Source of the DNA: Macrostomum lignano
Lineage: Eukaryota
Assembly (NCBI GenBank): GCA_002269645.1
Contig: NIVC01001089.1
Span: 62,001 to 126,000 of the forward strand
Length of the DNA stretch: 64,000 nt
Direction of reading: 5' to 3'
Below are positions 1 through 12,230 of this stretch, one piece after another; the stretch's first letter is position 1; the number at the start of each line of letters is the position of its first letter. The notes under the pieces were generated by a model, which had not been told where the DNA came from, did no database searches, and saw only the letters and a program-made list of their open reading frames with translations. The translations under genes were made by a program, and so were the position numbers.

Positions 1-535
1 GGTCAGTGTCAGGAAGTGTCAGAGTTGGTCAGTGTCAGGAAGTGTTTCATCAGATTTGGTCGGTGTCAGGAAGTGTCAGAGTTGGTCAGTGTCAGGAAGT
101 GTCAGAGTTGGTCAGTGTCAGGAAGTGTTTCATCAGATTTGGTCGGTGTCAGGAAGTGTCAGAGTTGGTCAGTGTCAGGAAGTGTCAGAGTTGGTCAGTG
201 TCAGGAAGTGTTTCATCAGATTTGGTCGGTGTCAGGAAGTGTCAGAGTTGGTCAGTGTCAGGAAGTGTCAGAGTTGGTCAGTGTCAGGAAGTGTCAGAGT
301 TGGTCAGTGTCAGGAAGTGTTTCATCAGATTTGGTCGGTGTCAGGAAGTGTCAGAGTTGGTCAGTGTCAGGAAGTGTCAGAGTTGGTCAGTGTCAGGATC
401 ATCAGATTTGGTCAGTGTCAGGAAGTGTCAGATTTGGTCAGTGTCAGGAAGTGTCAGAGTTGGTCAGTGTCAGGATCATCAGAGTTGGTCAGTGTCAGGA
501 AGTGTCAGAGTTGGTCAGTGTCAGGAATGTCAGTG
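1..535. repeat. Minisatellite: 26-bp unit GGTCAGTGTCAGGAAGTGTCAGAGTT with a 31-bp variant, ~83-bp higher-order period
   Basis: Read directly; units alternate 26/31/26. Runs off the window start; lies in the intron downstream of exon 614-997. Confidence 0.95.
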
Positions 536-613
536 CTAAGACACTAAAATCATCCTAAATACCGGGCCGAATACTCGGATACTCAAACGAAATTAGAAAA
601 TGCTAGTGCTCAC

Positions 614-997
614 CGGTCGAGATCAATGACTCCGCTGCTGCTGCTCTGACTTCTGAGGGTGCCGACTGCTCCGGCCGCGCCTCTCCGACTGGCCATCGGG
701 ATGCCGCCGCCGCTACTGCCGACTCCGCTGCTGCTGCTCGCAGTCCGAAGCATCAGCACTTTGCTGCCTTTGTGCACCAGAGTGGCTGGAGTGCCACCAG
801 CTTCGGCTGGGTGCAGCACGACTCCGGGCGTGACGTAGGCGTCAGCTGATACTGTAGACAGGTGGCGGTGCAGCTGGTGCTGCGGATGCTGCAGATGATG
901 CTGCTGGGCGCTACTAGAAGAAGAACCAGAAGCAAATGCGGCGCTCTTCTGGGGCAGCGGGCTGCCAACCCAGCCGGGGTTCTCCATGCGGCCGGCT
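614..997 (-). CDS. Exon of an unidentified minus-strand gene (Ser/Gln/His low-complexity, MENPGWVGSPLP...VIDLD)
   Basis: Acceptor ctctctcaacgtccctctacag| before 997; donor CG|GTGAGC after 614; 384 nt open, GC-rich. ATG at 987 is 10 nt after the acceptor, so it is either a first coding exon or a phase 2-2 internal exon. Confidence 0.7.
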
Positions 998-1047
998 CTG
1001 TAGAGGGACGTTGAGAGAGGAAATATTCTTTAGAATGCCAGCTCAGA

Positions 1048-1356
1048 TAATAATAATAATAATTGATTACACCTGCCCTAATTAGGCCAGATGTGCAACC
1101 GACAGCTCAGCCGCAGCTATTGCGCGGCGCATCTGAAGGCAGCGTACGACTGTTCAGTCCAAGGACTGGGGGGTCGCCACACACAGCCTCAATTACCCCA
1201 GCTAATGCTGGCACCCATTTTACAGCTGGGTGAACTGAAGCAATGCAGAATTGAAGTGTCTTGCTCAAAGACATAAACTGTTCCAGTGAAATCGGGAATC
1301 GAACCTCCGACCTTCCAGTCGTGAGTCCGACGCTTTAACCACTAGGCTACAGCCCC
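1048..1356 (-). mobile_element. tRNA-derived CORE-type SINE, copy 1 (full length)
   Basis: On the minus strand: head GGGGCTGTAGCCTAGTGG (A box) ... GGTTCGATTCC (B box), MIR-like CORE, (TTA)n tail. Candidate CTCAGA target duplication at 1042-1047 and 1362-1367. Homologous to 27222-27489 and 55710-56005. Confidence 0.9.
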
Positions 1357-1552
1357 TCCATCTCAGAACTTCCTAACCAATCTCGAGCACGGAGCTAAGC
1401 ATGTAACTCTGAACTGAGGACTGGAAAAGATAAAGAGAGGCCCATGATTTTCGCTAATTACATAGCTATAGTTAGTAGTTACACGTATTTAGTCAGTCGC
1501 AGATGGCCAGCAAGCATGCCAATTTTGATTGTACTTTGTTGTCGGTTCTCCA

Positions 1553-2403
1553 ACTTAGGTTTCTAGGAATGCCACTTCCACAGTGTTGTGGCTTCAGATG
1601 GGGAATCGAACGCGGGTTTCACAGTGTTGTGTCTTCAGATGGGGAATCGAACTCAGGTTTCTAGGAATGCCACTTCCACAGTGTTGTGGCTTCAGATGGG
1701 GAATCGAACTCGGGTTTCACAGTGTTGTGGCTTCAGATGGGGAATCGAACTCGGGTTTCTAGGAATGCCACTTCCATAGTGTTGTGGCTTCAGATGGGGA
1801 ATCGAACTCAGGTTTCACAGTGTTGTGGCTTCAGATGGGGAATCGAACTCGGGTTTCACAGTGTTGTGGCTTCAGATGGGGAATCGAACTCGGGTTTCTA
1901 GGAATGCCACTTCCACAGTGTTGTGGCTTCAAATGGGGAATCGAACTCAGGTTTCACAGTGTTGTGGCTTCAGATGGGGAATCGAAACTCAGGTTTCTAG
2001 GAATGCCACTTCCACAGTATTGTGGCTTCAGATGGAGAATCGAACTCGGGTTTCACAGTGTTGTGGCTTCAGATGGGGAATCGAACTCGGGTTTCTAGGA
2101 ATGCCACTTCCACAGTGTTGTGGCTTCAGATGGGGAATCGAACTCAGGTTTCACAGTGTTGTGGCTTCAGATGGGGAATCGAACTCAGGTTTCACAGTGT
2201 TGTGGCTTCAGATGGAGAATCGAACTCGGGTTTCTAGGAATGCCACTTCCACAGTGTTGTGGCTTCAGATAGGGAATCGAACTCGGGTTTCTAGGAATGC
2301 CACTTCCACAGTGTTTTGGCTTCAGATGGGGAATCGAACTCAGGTTTCTAGGAATGCCACTTCCACAGTGTTGTGGCTTCAGATGGGGAATCGAACTCGG
2401 GTT
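1553..2403. repeat. Minisatellite of 41- and 57-bp units, each containing a tRNA B-box-like GAGTTCGATTCCC on the minus strand
   Basis: Unit GGTTTC(TAGGAATGCCACTTC)CACAGTGTTGTGGCTTCAGATGGGGAATCGAACTCG, about 17 copies. Confidence 0.95.
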
Positions 2404-2994
2404 CTCTCGCAACAGAAGGTTGTCAATGAACTTTCCGATAGTTAGGCTCCATTGTCCCGAGATCCAATTTGACTGTATTAGCCAAACTGCCGTTAAAGAA
2501 ACAGCCAGAAATTGAGTGACGCCAACGACAAATCCTTCTAAACCGTAGCGAACTCTGAGAGGCTTGTCAATTTAATTTTCTCTTGTACGCCACGGCAACG
2601 TGGAGGTTAGCAGGCGGACTTGAGTGGCGAATCCGATTTTCGTTGAAGTGGGGAGGACAGAGAATGAGGCATGAGGGAGATTGAGTCTGCGAGCGTCATC
2701 AACGAGCAGAAAGAGGCTGGCAGACATTCATGGCATCCATGGCTGACAACCGGCCATCAAAGCGATAATTCAATACACCCAGAATACTGCATAGAGGGAA
2801 TGGCTATTGAGCCACTTCTCACGCCGTACAACCGTTTCTCTATCCTATTTCTATCTCTAAATATCCTCTCGTTTCTGTGTTGCCTGCAGTCAATAGCTGC
2901 GGAGAATGTAGTGCTGTGCCTCCCCCGCCCCACCTATCCGTGGGCGCGTGTACTTCAACATTTGCTTTGAAATTTACAATTATTGCAGTTCAAG

Positions 2995-3830
2995 CAGACA
3001 GGGAAGAGAAGACAGGGGAGAGTAGACAAGGGTGAGTAGACACGGGAGAGTAGACAGGGGAGAGTAGACAGGGAAGAGTAGACAGGGCAGAGAAGACAGG
3101 GGAGAGTAGACAGGGAGAGAAGACAGGGGAGAGTAGACAGGGAGAGAAGACAGGGGAGAGTAGACAGGGGAGAGTAGACAGGGGAGAGTAGACAGGGGAG
3201 AGTAGACAGTGGAGAGTAGACAGTGGAGAGTAGACGGGAGAGAGAAGACAGGGGAGAGTAGACAGGGAAGAGTAGACAGGGGAGAGTAGACAGGAGAGAG
3301 TAGACAGGGCAGAGAAGACAGGGCAGAGAAGACATGGAAGAGTAGACAGGGCAGAGAAGACAGGGGAGAGTAGACAGGGGAGAGAAGACAGGGCAGAGAA
3401 GACAGGGGAGAGAAGACAGGGCAGAGAAGACAGGGCAGAGAAGACAGGGCAGAGAAGACAGGGGAGAGAAGACAGGGGAGAGTAGACAGGGAAGAGTAGA
3501 CAGGGCAGAGAAGACAGGGGAGAGTAGACAGGGGAGAGTAGACAAGGGAGAGTAGACAGGGGAGAGTAGACAGGGGAGAGTAGACAGGGGAGAGTAGACA
3601 GGGGAGAGTAGACAGGGAAGAGTAGACAGGGGAGAGTAGACAGGAGAGAGTAGACAGGGGGAGAAGACAGGGCAGAGAAGACAGGGGAGAGTAGACAGGG
3701 GAGAGTAGACAAGGGAGAGTAGACAGGGGAGAGTAGACAGGAGAGAGTAGATAGGGCAGGGGAGAGTAGACAGGGGGAGAAGACAGGGCAGAGAAGACAG
3801 GGGAGAGTAGACAGGGGAGAGTGAGACACA
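2995..3830. repeat. Purine-rich minisatellite, 14-bp unit AGACAGGGGAGAGT
   Basis: Read directly; explains the three overlapping PCLLSPVYSPLSTL ORFs. Confidence 0.95.
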
Positions 3831-4715
3831 CAGACAGGTCATAACAATAGTTTCAGCGGCCTACCTTAGCCATAGTGGTTTATTTGCAGTTCAGTGAGGC
3901 TTGGTGCACGCTTAAAATGTGAGTCTTTAAAGCCCTGGTGAATTTGGTCTATTGAGCAGGGTAACAATGTCAGTTACTTGGCATGGACCGGCGTCTCTGA
4001 AAGCTTGGATCCCAAGTCGGACATAATCAAACAAGAGCCATGCGAGATGCCTCCATCTAAAAGCTTTCTCCCCAACTGCTTCTCTCTATTCTCTTCATTC
4101 TCCCATTGGCTGTTTGAGTCCTGCTCAATTTTTATTCCTCTTCCTGTTCCTACATGCGACCCGCCCCCCCCCACCCTCAAACTCGGTCTACGGATTGCAG
4201 ATTTGGAAATCTTCCATCTACGCGGCTTCACGTAGCAACAATCCCAAGTTCCCATAGCCTTGACGGATAGCTGCTGGGGATTAGCACTTCTCTCTCCCCG
4301 CAGTCAGTATAGTCTCTGACATCCTATCAACAACTTTAGATGAAGATTTCCAAGCCAGAGTATTCGATCCTGCTGCATCGAATACTGATCAGTGCCCGGG
4401 GAATGAAATCAGCTGGAAATTCCATCAGACAAGCGAGAGTCTTCTTTCTTTTCGAGTGACTTTTTTGCTCAAAGCAGAGTGACTGTTTAGAAATGTGTTT
4501 CTGTATCATACTTCAAGTAGTCTATGATGATTTTTATTTGAAATAAGTAAAAAAAACTTGATGACTTTTTTGTTTTTCCAAGTACGAACCTCTGAATTGT
4601 CATCGAGAAAGTCTCTTTTGTGTCTTATTGACTGGGAAACAATTATAATCACTTTTGAAGTCACTTTCAAAGCTTTTAACGTACTTTAGATTACAGTAGA
4701 TAGGAGAGTTAAAGA

Positions 4716-5812
4716 GAAGGGAGAGGGAGAGGCAGAGAAGGGGAGAGGGAGAGGCAGAGAAGGGGAGAGGGAGAGGCAGAGAAGGGGAGAGGGAGAGGCA
4801 GAGAAGGGGAGAGGGAGAGGCAGAGAAGGGGAGAGGGAGAGGCAGAGAAGGGGAGATGGAGAGGCAGAGAAGGGGAGAGGGAGAGGCAGAGAAGGGGAGA
4901 GGGAGAGGCAGAGAAGGGAGAGGGAGAGGCAGAGAAGGGGAGAGGGAGAGGCAGAGAAGGGGAGAGGGAGAGGCAGAGAAGGGAGAGGGAGAGGCAGAGA
5001 AGGGAGAGGGAGAGGCAGAGAAGGGAGAGGGAGAGGCAGAGAAGGGAGAGGGAGAGGCAGAGAAGGGGAGAGGGAGAGGCAGAGAAGGGGAGAAGGAGAG
5101 GTAGAGAAGGGGAGAGGGAGTGTCAGAGAAGGGAGAGGGAGAGGCAGAGAAGGGGAGAGGGAGAGGCAGAGAAGGGAGAGGGAGAGGCAGAGAAGGGAGA
5201 GGGAGAGGCAGAGAAGGGGAGAGGGAGAGGCAGAGAAGGGGAGAAGGAGAGGCAGAGAAGGGGAGAGGGAGAAGCAGAGAAGGGGAGAGGGAGAGGTAGA
5301 GAAGGGGAGAGGGAGAGGCAGAGAAGGGGAGAGGGAGAGGCAGAGAAGGGGAGAGGGAGAGGCAGAGAAGGGGAGAGGGAGAGGCAGAGAAGGGGAGAAG
5401 GAGAGGTAGAGAAGGGGAGAGGGAGTGTCAGAGAAGGGAGAGGGAGAGGCAGAGAAGGGGAGAGGGAGAGGCAGAGAAGGGAGAGGGAGAGGCAGAGAAG
5501 GGGAGAAGGAGAGGCAGAGAAGGGAGAGGGAGAGGCAGAGAAGGGGAGAGGGAGAGGCAGAGAAGGGGAGAGGGAGAGGCAGAGAAGGGGAGAGGGAGAG
5601 GCAGAGAAGGGGAGAAGGAGAGGTAGAGAAGGGGAGAGGGAGTGTCAGAGAAGGGAGAGGGAGAGGCAGAGAAGGTGAGAGGGAGAGGCAGAGAAGGGAG
5701 AGGGAGAGGCAGAGAAGGGGAGAGGGAGAGGCAGAGAAGGGAGAGGGAGAGGCAGAGAAGGGGAGAGGGAGAGGCAGAGAAGGGGAGAGGGAGAGGCAGA
5801 GAAGGGGAGAAA
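4716..5812. repeat. Polypurine minisatellite, 22-bp unit GAGAGGGAGAGGCAGAGAAGGG
   Basis: Read directly, about 50 copies with 21-bp variants. Confidence 0.95.
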
Positions 5813-7954
5813 GAGAGTCAGAGATGGGGAGAAGGAGGACTGAGATTCAGGAGAATAACAAGTGTCACAGAGAATCAAGAAAGAATCACGCGACAGAATG
5901 GACTCAGCTAAAATGCAATTAAGTTAAGTTGGCCGTTCAATGCGCTTATTAACTTAGGCTGATTCAGGCTGGTGCTAAAACTCGCCAGAGAGTAAACTGA
6001 TCGATTAATTGGTCATGCAGTGTTAGGCAGTCTCTCGTATAAACGTTCCTATAGGTTGGGCCCTGAAGCGATGATTGGTACTCCTAGTTGTTCTCACTAC
6101 ACACCATAGTAGTTAGCAGCAGCATTGGGGCCTGACAGAAAAGAAACCTATGAAGACTAGCGCCCAAGCCTGAATCGGCGCACCAGGGCAGCGGAAGAAC
6201 TTGGTAGAGCAGTAGCTCTCAGCGTCTTCTCTGGCCTTTCTGCCCCCCCCCCAGAAACCAGCTTTTCCTACTCCAGCCCGTTCTCAACCTACAGCACCCT
6301 AAGCTCCTTGGTCTTCACTTGAACAGTTCTGAAGCACTTGTCAGGTTCTGCTGCTGAGCCTACCCACCCCACTGTTGGCTCAGCCATTCCTTAACCCATC
6401 CATCCATCCATCTTCATAGTCGCTCCCGTCTCATTATGTGCCTTCACTCTAAATTCTCTCAAGTCACATTCAGGCTAAAGTGTACACGGCTGAACAATGA
6501 CTGCGCCGATGGCTAATATTGTATATTGAAGCTCTCAATTGAACTGCTGTTCACCTGCAACGAAGAGGATGAGAGAGGCTGGATGGACGATCAAAGAAGA
6601 GAGATGATGAGAGGAAAAGTCAGAAGAATAACATGGGGGGGGCTGTGCATGGCCATCATTATAGACATCGATCGCCTTGCTAGGGCCTGAGTCAGACCCT
6701 GATCCCCCCAACCCCCTGCGCAACCTGAGGAGTTAACTAAAATGGGGAAGATGAGGATTAAAAAAAAGAAGAGAGTGCAAAAAACTAGGAAATCAAGCGG
6801 CTCCTCTCGCGGCTAGGGAACAGAGGAGGGATAAAGAATAGGGAAGAAAGATGAGATGCTAGCATAATAATCTCTATCTCCAGTTGCGGACATTCAAATC
6901 CGATGGACGGTGAGGAGAGAACAGAGAGCGCCGAACGAAGTCAGAACTTGTAGAGCAGAGTGTTATGAGCTCTTCTCCCAATATACCCCCAGCAAGCCCC
7001 CACTGGGACTTTGGGAAACCAAAAAACCATCGCTAGCTGACGGATCCAGAGAGGCGGAGAGAAAGTCGAGACAAGGACCACATGTAGTTAACATCTGGAC
7101 TGGGCCAAGTTATTAGATTTGGTAACAGCACAGTGTAAAAGTATTGCATAATTAGACTGGGGACTTTCTTATTCCAGTAAAAAGTTGCAGTGATGGCAAC
7201 CTTTCAGAAAGCAGAGTTTCATTTTATCGATTAATATAAATCGTTTGAGTCTTCGTCCATAAAACTTTTCGAGCTTCGAAACTCTTTAGTGAAGTTTGAT
7301 AACGCCCGCATTTTGGCGTTTTTGAGTAATGGCACAAAATTCCATGGGCCTCAACTTCCCCAAATGAGTCAGGCAAGACCTTGGCCTTCAAGGCAGCAAT
7401 TTCCCTAAGCTGTCAGATAAGCTGCTTGCAGACGCGACTCTGCTGCCCCCCCCCCCGGAGCCGTCTCTCCTCCTCCACCAAAACCAGTTCGAACCTCCAA
7501 ACGAACTGCCAGTCAGAGCGGGGCAAGACAGAAATCCCTGGAAAAATAAAACTAATGGGAGGCCGGGAATAAAATCCCTTTCTCCCAAGGCCGAGAATGG
7601 GAGAATAATATATATTTATCCCACTAAGGCTGGACCGCCACTGCTGGAAGGGGTACTAAAACCGCACCTGCCCCTGTGCCCCCCCCCAATCTCATAAATC
7701 TGAGAGGTCAGAGTCGCCGCCGACCAGGGTGGGGACAGTAGCGGATTAAGGGGGAGTCCACTTTGCCGCGCAGCTCTCCCAATCCGCCAATTATCCCAAA
7801 TCCTGGAGGCCACACGCGGCTGTAAATCTTTGTTCCTAAAAAGCAGAGCTTAATACCGCCTCGATTTCTACTCAGACTAAGTTCGAATCAGTTCAGCCAC
7901 TGCAACCGAATTTCTTGCTCACGTTATCGCGTCCCTAGCAACCATGTACCTTTT

Positions 7955-8672
7955 CTACCGTCCTTAGCAACCGGTCTATCGACCTTAGCAACCGATCTTC
8001 AATCGACCTTAGCAACCAGTCTTCTATCGACCTTAGCAACCGATCTTCAATCGACCTTAGCAACCGGGGTATTCAATTGACCTTAGCAACCGGGGTATTC
8101 AATCGACCTCAACAACCGGTCTTCTATCGACCTTAGCAACTGGGGTCTTCTATCAACCTTAGCAACCGGTCTTCTATCAATCTTAGCAACTGGGGTATTC
8201 AATCGACCTCAACAACCGGTCTTCTATCGACCTTAGCAACTGGGGTCTTCTATCAACCTTAGCAACCGGTCTTCTATCAATCTTAGCAACTGGGGTATTC
8301 AATCGACCTTAGCAACCGGGATATTCTATCAACCTTAGCAACCGGGGTATTCAATCGACCTTAACAACCGGTCTTCTATCGACCTTAGCAACCGGGATAT
8401 TCTATCAACCTTAGCAACCAGGGTCTTCTATCAACCTTAGCAACCGGTTTTTAATCGACCTTAGCAACCGGGTTCTTCTATCGACCTTAGCAACCGGGTA
8501 TTCAATCAACCTTAGCAACGGGGATATTCTATCAACCTTAGCAACCGGGATATTCTATCAACATTAGCAACCAGGGTCTTCTATCAACCTTAGTAACCGG
8601 TTTTTAATCGACCTTAGCAACCGGGATATTCTATCGACCTTAGCAACGGGGATATTCATCAACCTTAGCAAC
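7955..8672. repeat. Minisatellite, 23-25-bp unit with invariant core CCTTAGCAAC
   Basis: Read directly, about 30 copies (e.g. CGACCTTAGCAACCGGTCTTCTAT). Confidence 0.95.
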
Positions 8673-9339
8673 TCTCGCAGCCTAAAAATCTTGTTTCATG
8701 CTGCCACATCGAAAATGATAATTTATTGCGCCCATCGTGGCAGAGAAAAAATGGCACAGATGGAAGGGGGCCAGTAGCAAAGAGGGGATAAAAAACAGAT
8801 TCTGCAGGTGTTTCCAGTAGAAAATTTTCCCACAAAAAGCCCAGCGCGCGCCTTGAGAGCAGCGGAGAACTCAAGCGGTTGCTGTCCGGCTGTGGGGTGA
8901 AAATAAATTGATTCGCAGCTGGGATGGGTGCAGCTTAGAGAAGGCTGGCTCGGGTGGCTGAGCTGATAGGGAAACAAAAATGGACTTCCTTGGGGCAGGA
9001 AAAGCCTTCACTTGCTTTCCAAGCGCCTCTCTGTCTTCAAGGTGAGCTGCACTGGCGGGTGGGGAGCTGTGCTCAAGCAAATTTGGCTCCGGCAAGACTT
9101 GGCGAATCCGGCTGAAACTTTGAATTCTGTTGCTGCCGTTGCTGCTTCTAGGGGGAGGGGGGCTTCACTAGAGAATTCGATTGTGTCAACAAGCTGGGGA
9201 AGAGCCAGTGACTGGTTAACTAAAGGCTCTTGGTAGAAGCTTTTGTTAGACTCCGCGAGGCGCGACTTTCTTACAAAGTTTGTTTTGAAGTGACAATGAC
9301 TGAAGCCGGTTAAAGGCTCATGTTTTTGCTCAGCATATT

Positions 9340-9695
9340 CCTACGGCCTAATGTGCTCCGTAGCGAGGAATGCCCATTCTGCCTCTCCGGTTGTCGAGAA
9401 TGCGGAGCACTTCATGTGTGAATGCCCCGCCTTTCCTCAGGACAGGCTCACCTACCTCGGCCCAAACCCGGACCTCTCCTCCGGAGGCGGGCGCGCTGCG
9501 GACACCGGCACCACCGGATCTCCCTGCGCGACACCGCAGCACCAGCTGCCCGTGGTCGCGAGGGGTTAGCGGAATGGGCGGCAACGCCTCCCCGCTGTAT
9601 CCGGATGCCCGGAATCCCCTGCAGCTACGAGCGTAACTCAAGTATATATATGTCATCGGTTTCATCGAATAGTCTCTCTCATCTCTCTCTCTATT
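9340..9695 (+). mobile_element. 5'-truncated non-LTR retrotransposon 3' end (ORF2 CCHC zinc knuckle, 3' UTR, TC-rich tail)
   Basis: Correcting a 1-nt shift at ~9389 gives [30 protein letters not shown], a C-x2-C-x8-H-x4-C motif typical of LINE ORF2 C-termini. GC-rich island ending in (CT)n. Confidence 0.65.
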
Positions 9696-10005
9696 AAAAA
9701 ATATTTTTTAGACTTTTGTCTTTCTGTTAATGGGGGCTATTTATGATTGAATTGTCTATGGTCGAAACGGGACTTTCAGTTAATGACCAGATATTAATTA
9801 AGCAGAGGTCATTATCGTGACGTGACATTTCAATTAATGCAAGCGTATTTCCGTAGGCTAAAGATACTCCATCGTTCTGATTAGAGAGTTGAACCGCAAA
9901 GACATTTTTTAAGAATTACTCAAACTTAGTGTTGTTGCTGTTGATGTTGTTCTTTTCTTGTTGTCGTCAACGTTAATATACCGTAATGCTAACCATTTGA
10001 ACCCA

Positions 10006-10815
10006 GTCTATGGTTAGTGTTGTCTATGGTTAGTGTTGTCTATGGTTAGTGTTGTCTATGATTAGTGTTGTCTATGGTTGCGTTGTCTAAGGTTTGTGTT
10101 GTCTATGATTAGTGTTGTCTATGGTTGTGTTGTCTATGGTTTGTGTTGTCTATGGTTTGTGTTGTCTAAGGTTTGTGTTGTCTATGGTTTGTGTTGTCTA
10201 TGGTTTGTGTTGTCTAAGGTTTGTGTTGTCTATGGTTTGTGTTGTCTATGGTTAGTGTTGTCTATGGTTAGTGTTGTCTATGGTTAGTGTTGTCTATGGT
10301 TTGTGTTGTCTATGGTTTGTGTTGTCTATGGTTTGTGTTGTCTATGGTTAGTGTTGTCTATGGTTAGTGTTGTCTATGGTTAGTGTTGTCTATGGTTAGT
10401 GTTGTCTAAGGTTTGTGTTGTCTAAGGTTAGTGTTGTCTATGGTTAGTGTTGTCTAAGGTTTGTGTTGTCTATGGTTAGTGTTGTCTAAGGTTTGTGTTG
10501 TCTATGGTTAGTGTTGTCTAAGGTTTGTGTTGTCTATGGTTAGTGTTGTCTAAGGTTTGTGTTGTCTATGGTTAGTGTTGTCTATGGTTTGTGTTGTCTA
10601 TGGTTAGTGTTGTCTAAGGTTTGTGTTGTCTATGGTTAGTGTTGTCTAAGGTTTGTGTTGTCTATGGTTAGTTTTGTCTATGGTTTGTATTGTCTATGGT
10701 TTGTATTGTCTATGGTTTGTATTGTCTAAGGTTTGTGTTGTCTATGGTTAGTGTTGTCTATGGTTTGTGTTGTCCATGGTTTGTATTGTCTAAGGTTTGT
10801 GTTGTCTCTGGTTTG
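10006..10815. repeat. Minisatellite, 16-bp unit TGTTGTCTATGGTT(A/T)G
   Basis: Read directly, about 50 copies; contains GTCTATGG. Confidence 0.95.
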
Positions 10816-11624
10816 TGTTTTCTGTAGGGTGGATAATTGATTGTTCATCATCATCCAGAGGGACTTTGGGAAACTTCAACTCCATTCAGTATGTGACTTC
10901 TATCTTACGTGCAGCTGAGCAGACTGATACACAAGGGAGATTATACAAATAAAGCGAAGTAGAGTTCGGCCCCGGAGAGGTAGTTAGGTACATTTTCAGG
11001 GGGAGAGAACAAATCAAAAGGTCGTCCATCGTCCACACTTTCAAGCATGCAAATCAGGAATCTGGGTGCAGCAACAGCAGCAGCAGCAGCAGCCATATAA
11101 CTGAGTTCCCTCCTTATCCGCACACTTTCTCTCCCTTGGTTAAATAAAACCACCCAGCGACCCAGGGGCGCGGCGATTGGGACGTCGCGAGAAATCAATC
11201 GAATACCCTGACGGAAATCAGTCTGGCCAGAAAGGGGGTCAGGGAGGGGCCAGAGGGGAGGGGGGCATAGCTGGCCTGGATCAATCATTTCATTACTGGA
11301 GAAGCCGCTGCTGATGCAGGCGGCAGCAACAGGACTGGTAGATAGAATTTTTAGACAGACAGCGGGGTATGTGACTGCAGCTTAATGAAGAGCCTTAGTC
11401 AGTTGGACATGGAGAAGGCGTTTTTGAAGAGCAAAACAGTTGGGGAGAGCCAGCGAGTTGAACCACTAGAGAGATTAGACTTACCGGTAACGCAAAAAAT
11501 GTAGGAAGTTAAAAAATGTTGGCTTTGTACTCGTAAGGTTGATTTTCCATTTCATCACCTCATTGGGATTAGTTGGCTTTTGAATTCTATAAATGGTGTG
11601 CGATGCTTATCATTTGTGGAGTCG

Positions 11625-12230
11625 ATGGTTTCTGTCTATAGATTGGGATGTCCATCGTTTGTGATATCTATGGTCTGTGATGTCTATGGTTTGTGTCGTC
11701 TGATATGGTTTGTGTTGTCTATGGCTTGTGATGTCTATGGTTTGTGTTGTCTTTGGTTTGTGTTGTTTATGGTTTGTGATGTCTAGGGCTTGTGATGTCT
11801 ATGGTTTGTGTTGTCTATGGTTTGTGTTGTCTATGGTTCGTGTTGTCTATGTTTTGCATTGTCTAGGGCTTGTGATGTCTATGGTTTGTGTTGTCTATGG
11901 TTTGTGTTGTCTATGGTTCGTGTTGTCTATGTTTTGCATTGTCTAGGGCTTGTGATGTCTATGGTTTGTGTTGTCTATGGTTTGTGTTGTCTATGGTTCG
12001 TGTTGTCTATGTTTTGCATTGTCTAGGGCTTGTGATGTCTATGGTTTGTGTTGTCTATGGTTTGTGTTGTCTATGGTTTGTGTCGTCTGATATGGTTTGT
12101 GTTGTCTATAATTTGCATCGCCTGATATGGTTTGTGATGTCTATGCTTGTGTTCTCTATGGTTTGTGATGTCTATGGTTGTGTTCTCTAATGGCTTGTGA
12201 AGTCTATGCTTTGGGATGTCTATGGCTTGC
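11625..12230. repeat. Minisatellite, 16-bp unit TGTG(A/T)TGTCTATGGTT with an 80-bp higher-order repeat
   Basis: Read directly; identical ORF translations offset by 80 bp (11808 vs 11888). Related to the 10.0-kb array. Confidence 0.95.

Noticed and set aside
1290-1356. tRNA gene
   Set aside because: The anticodon stem is not complementary and the sequence continues into a SINE body and tail. The same holds at 27222, 50131 and 55710.
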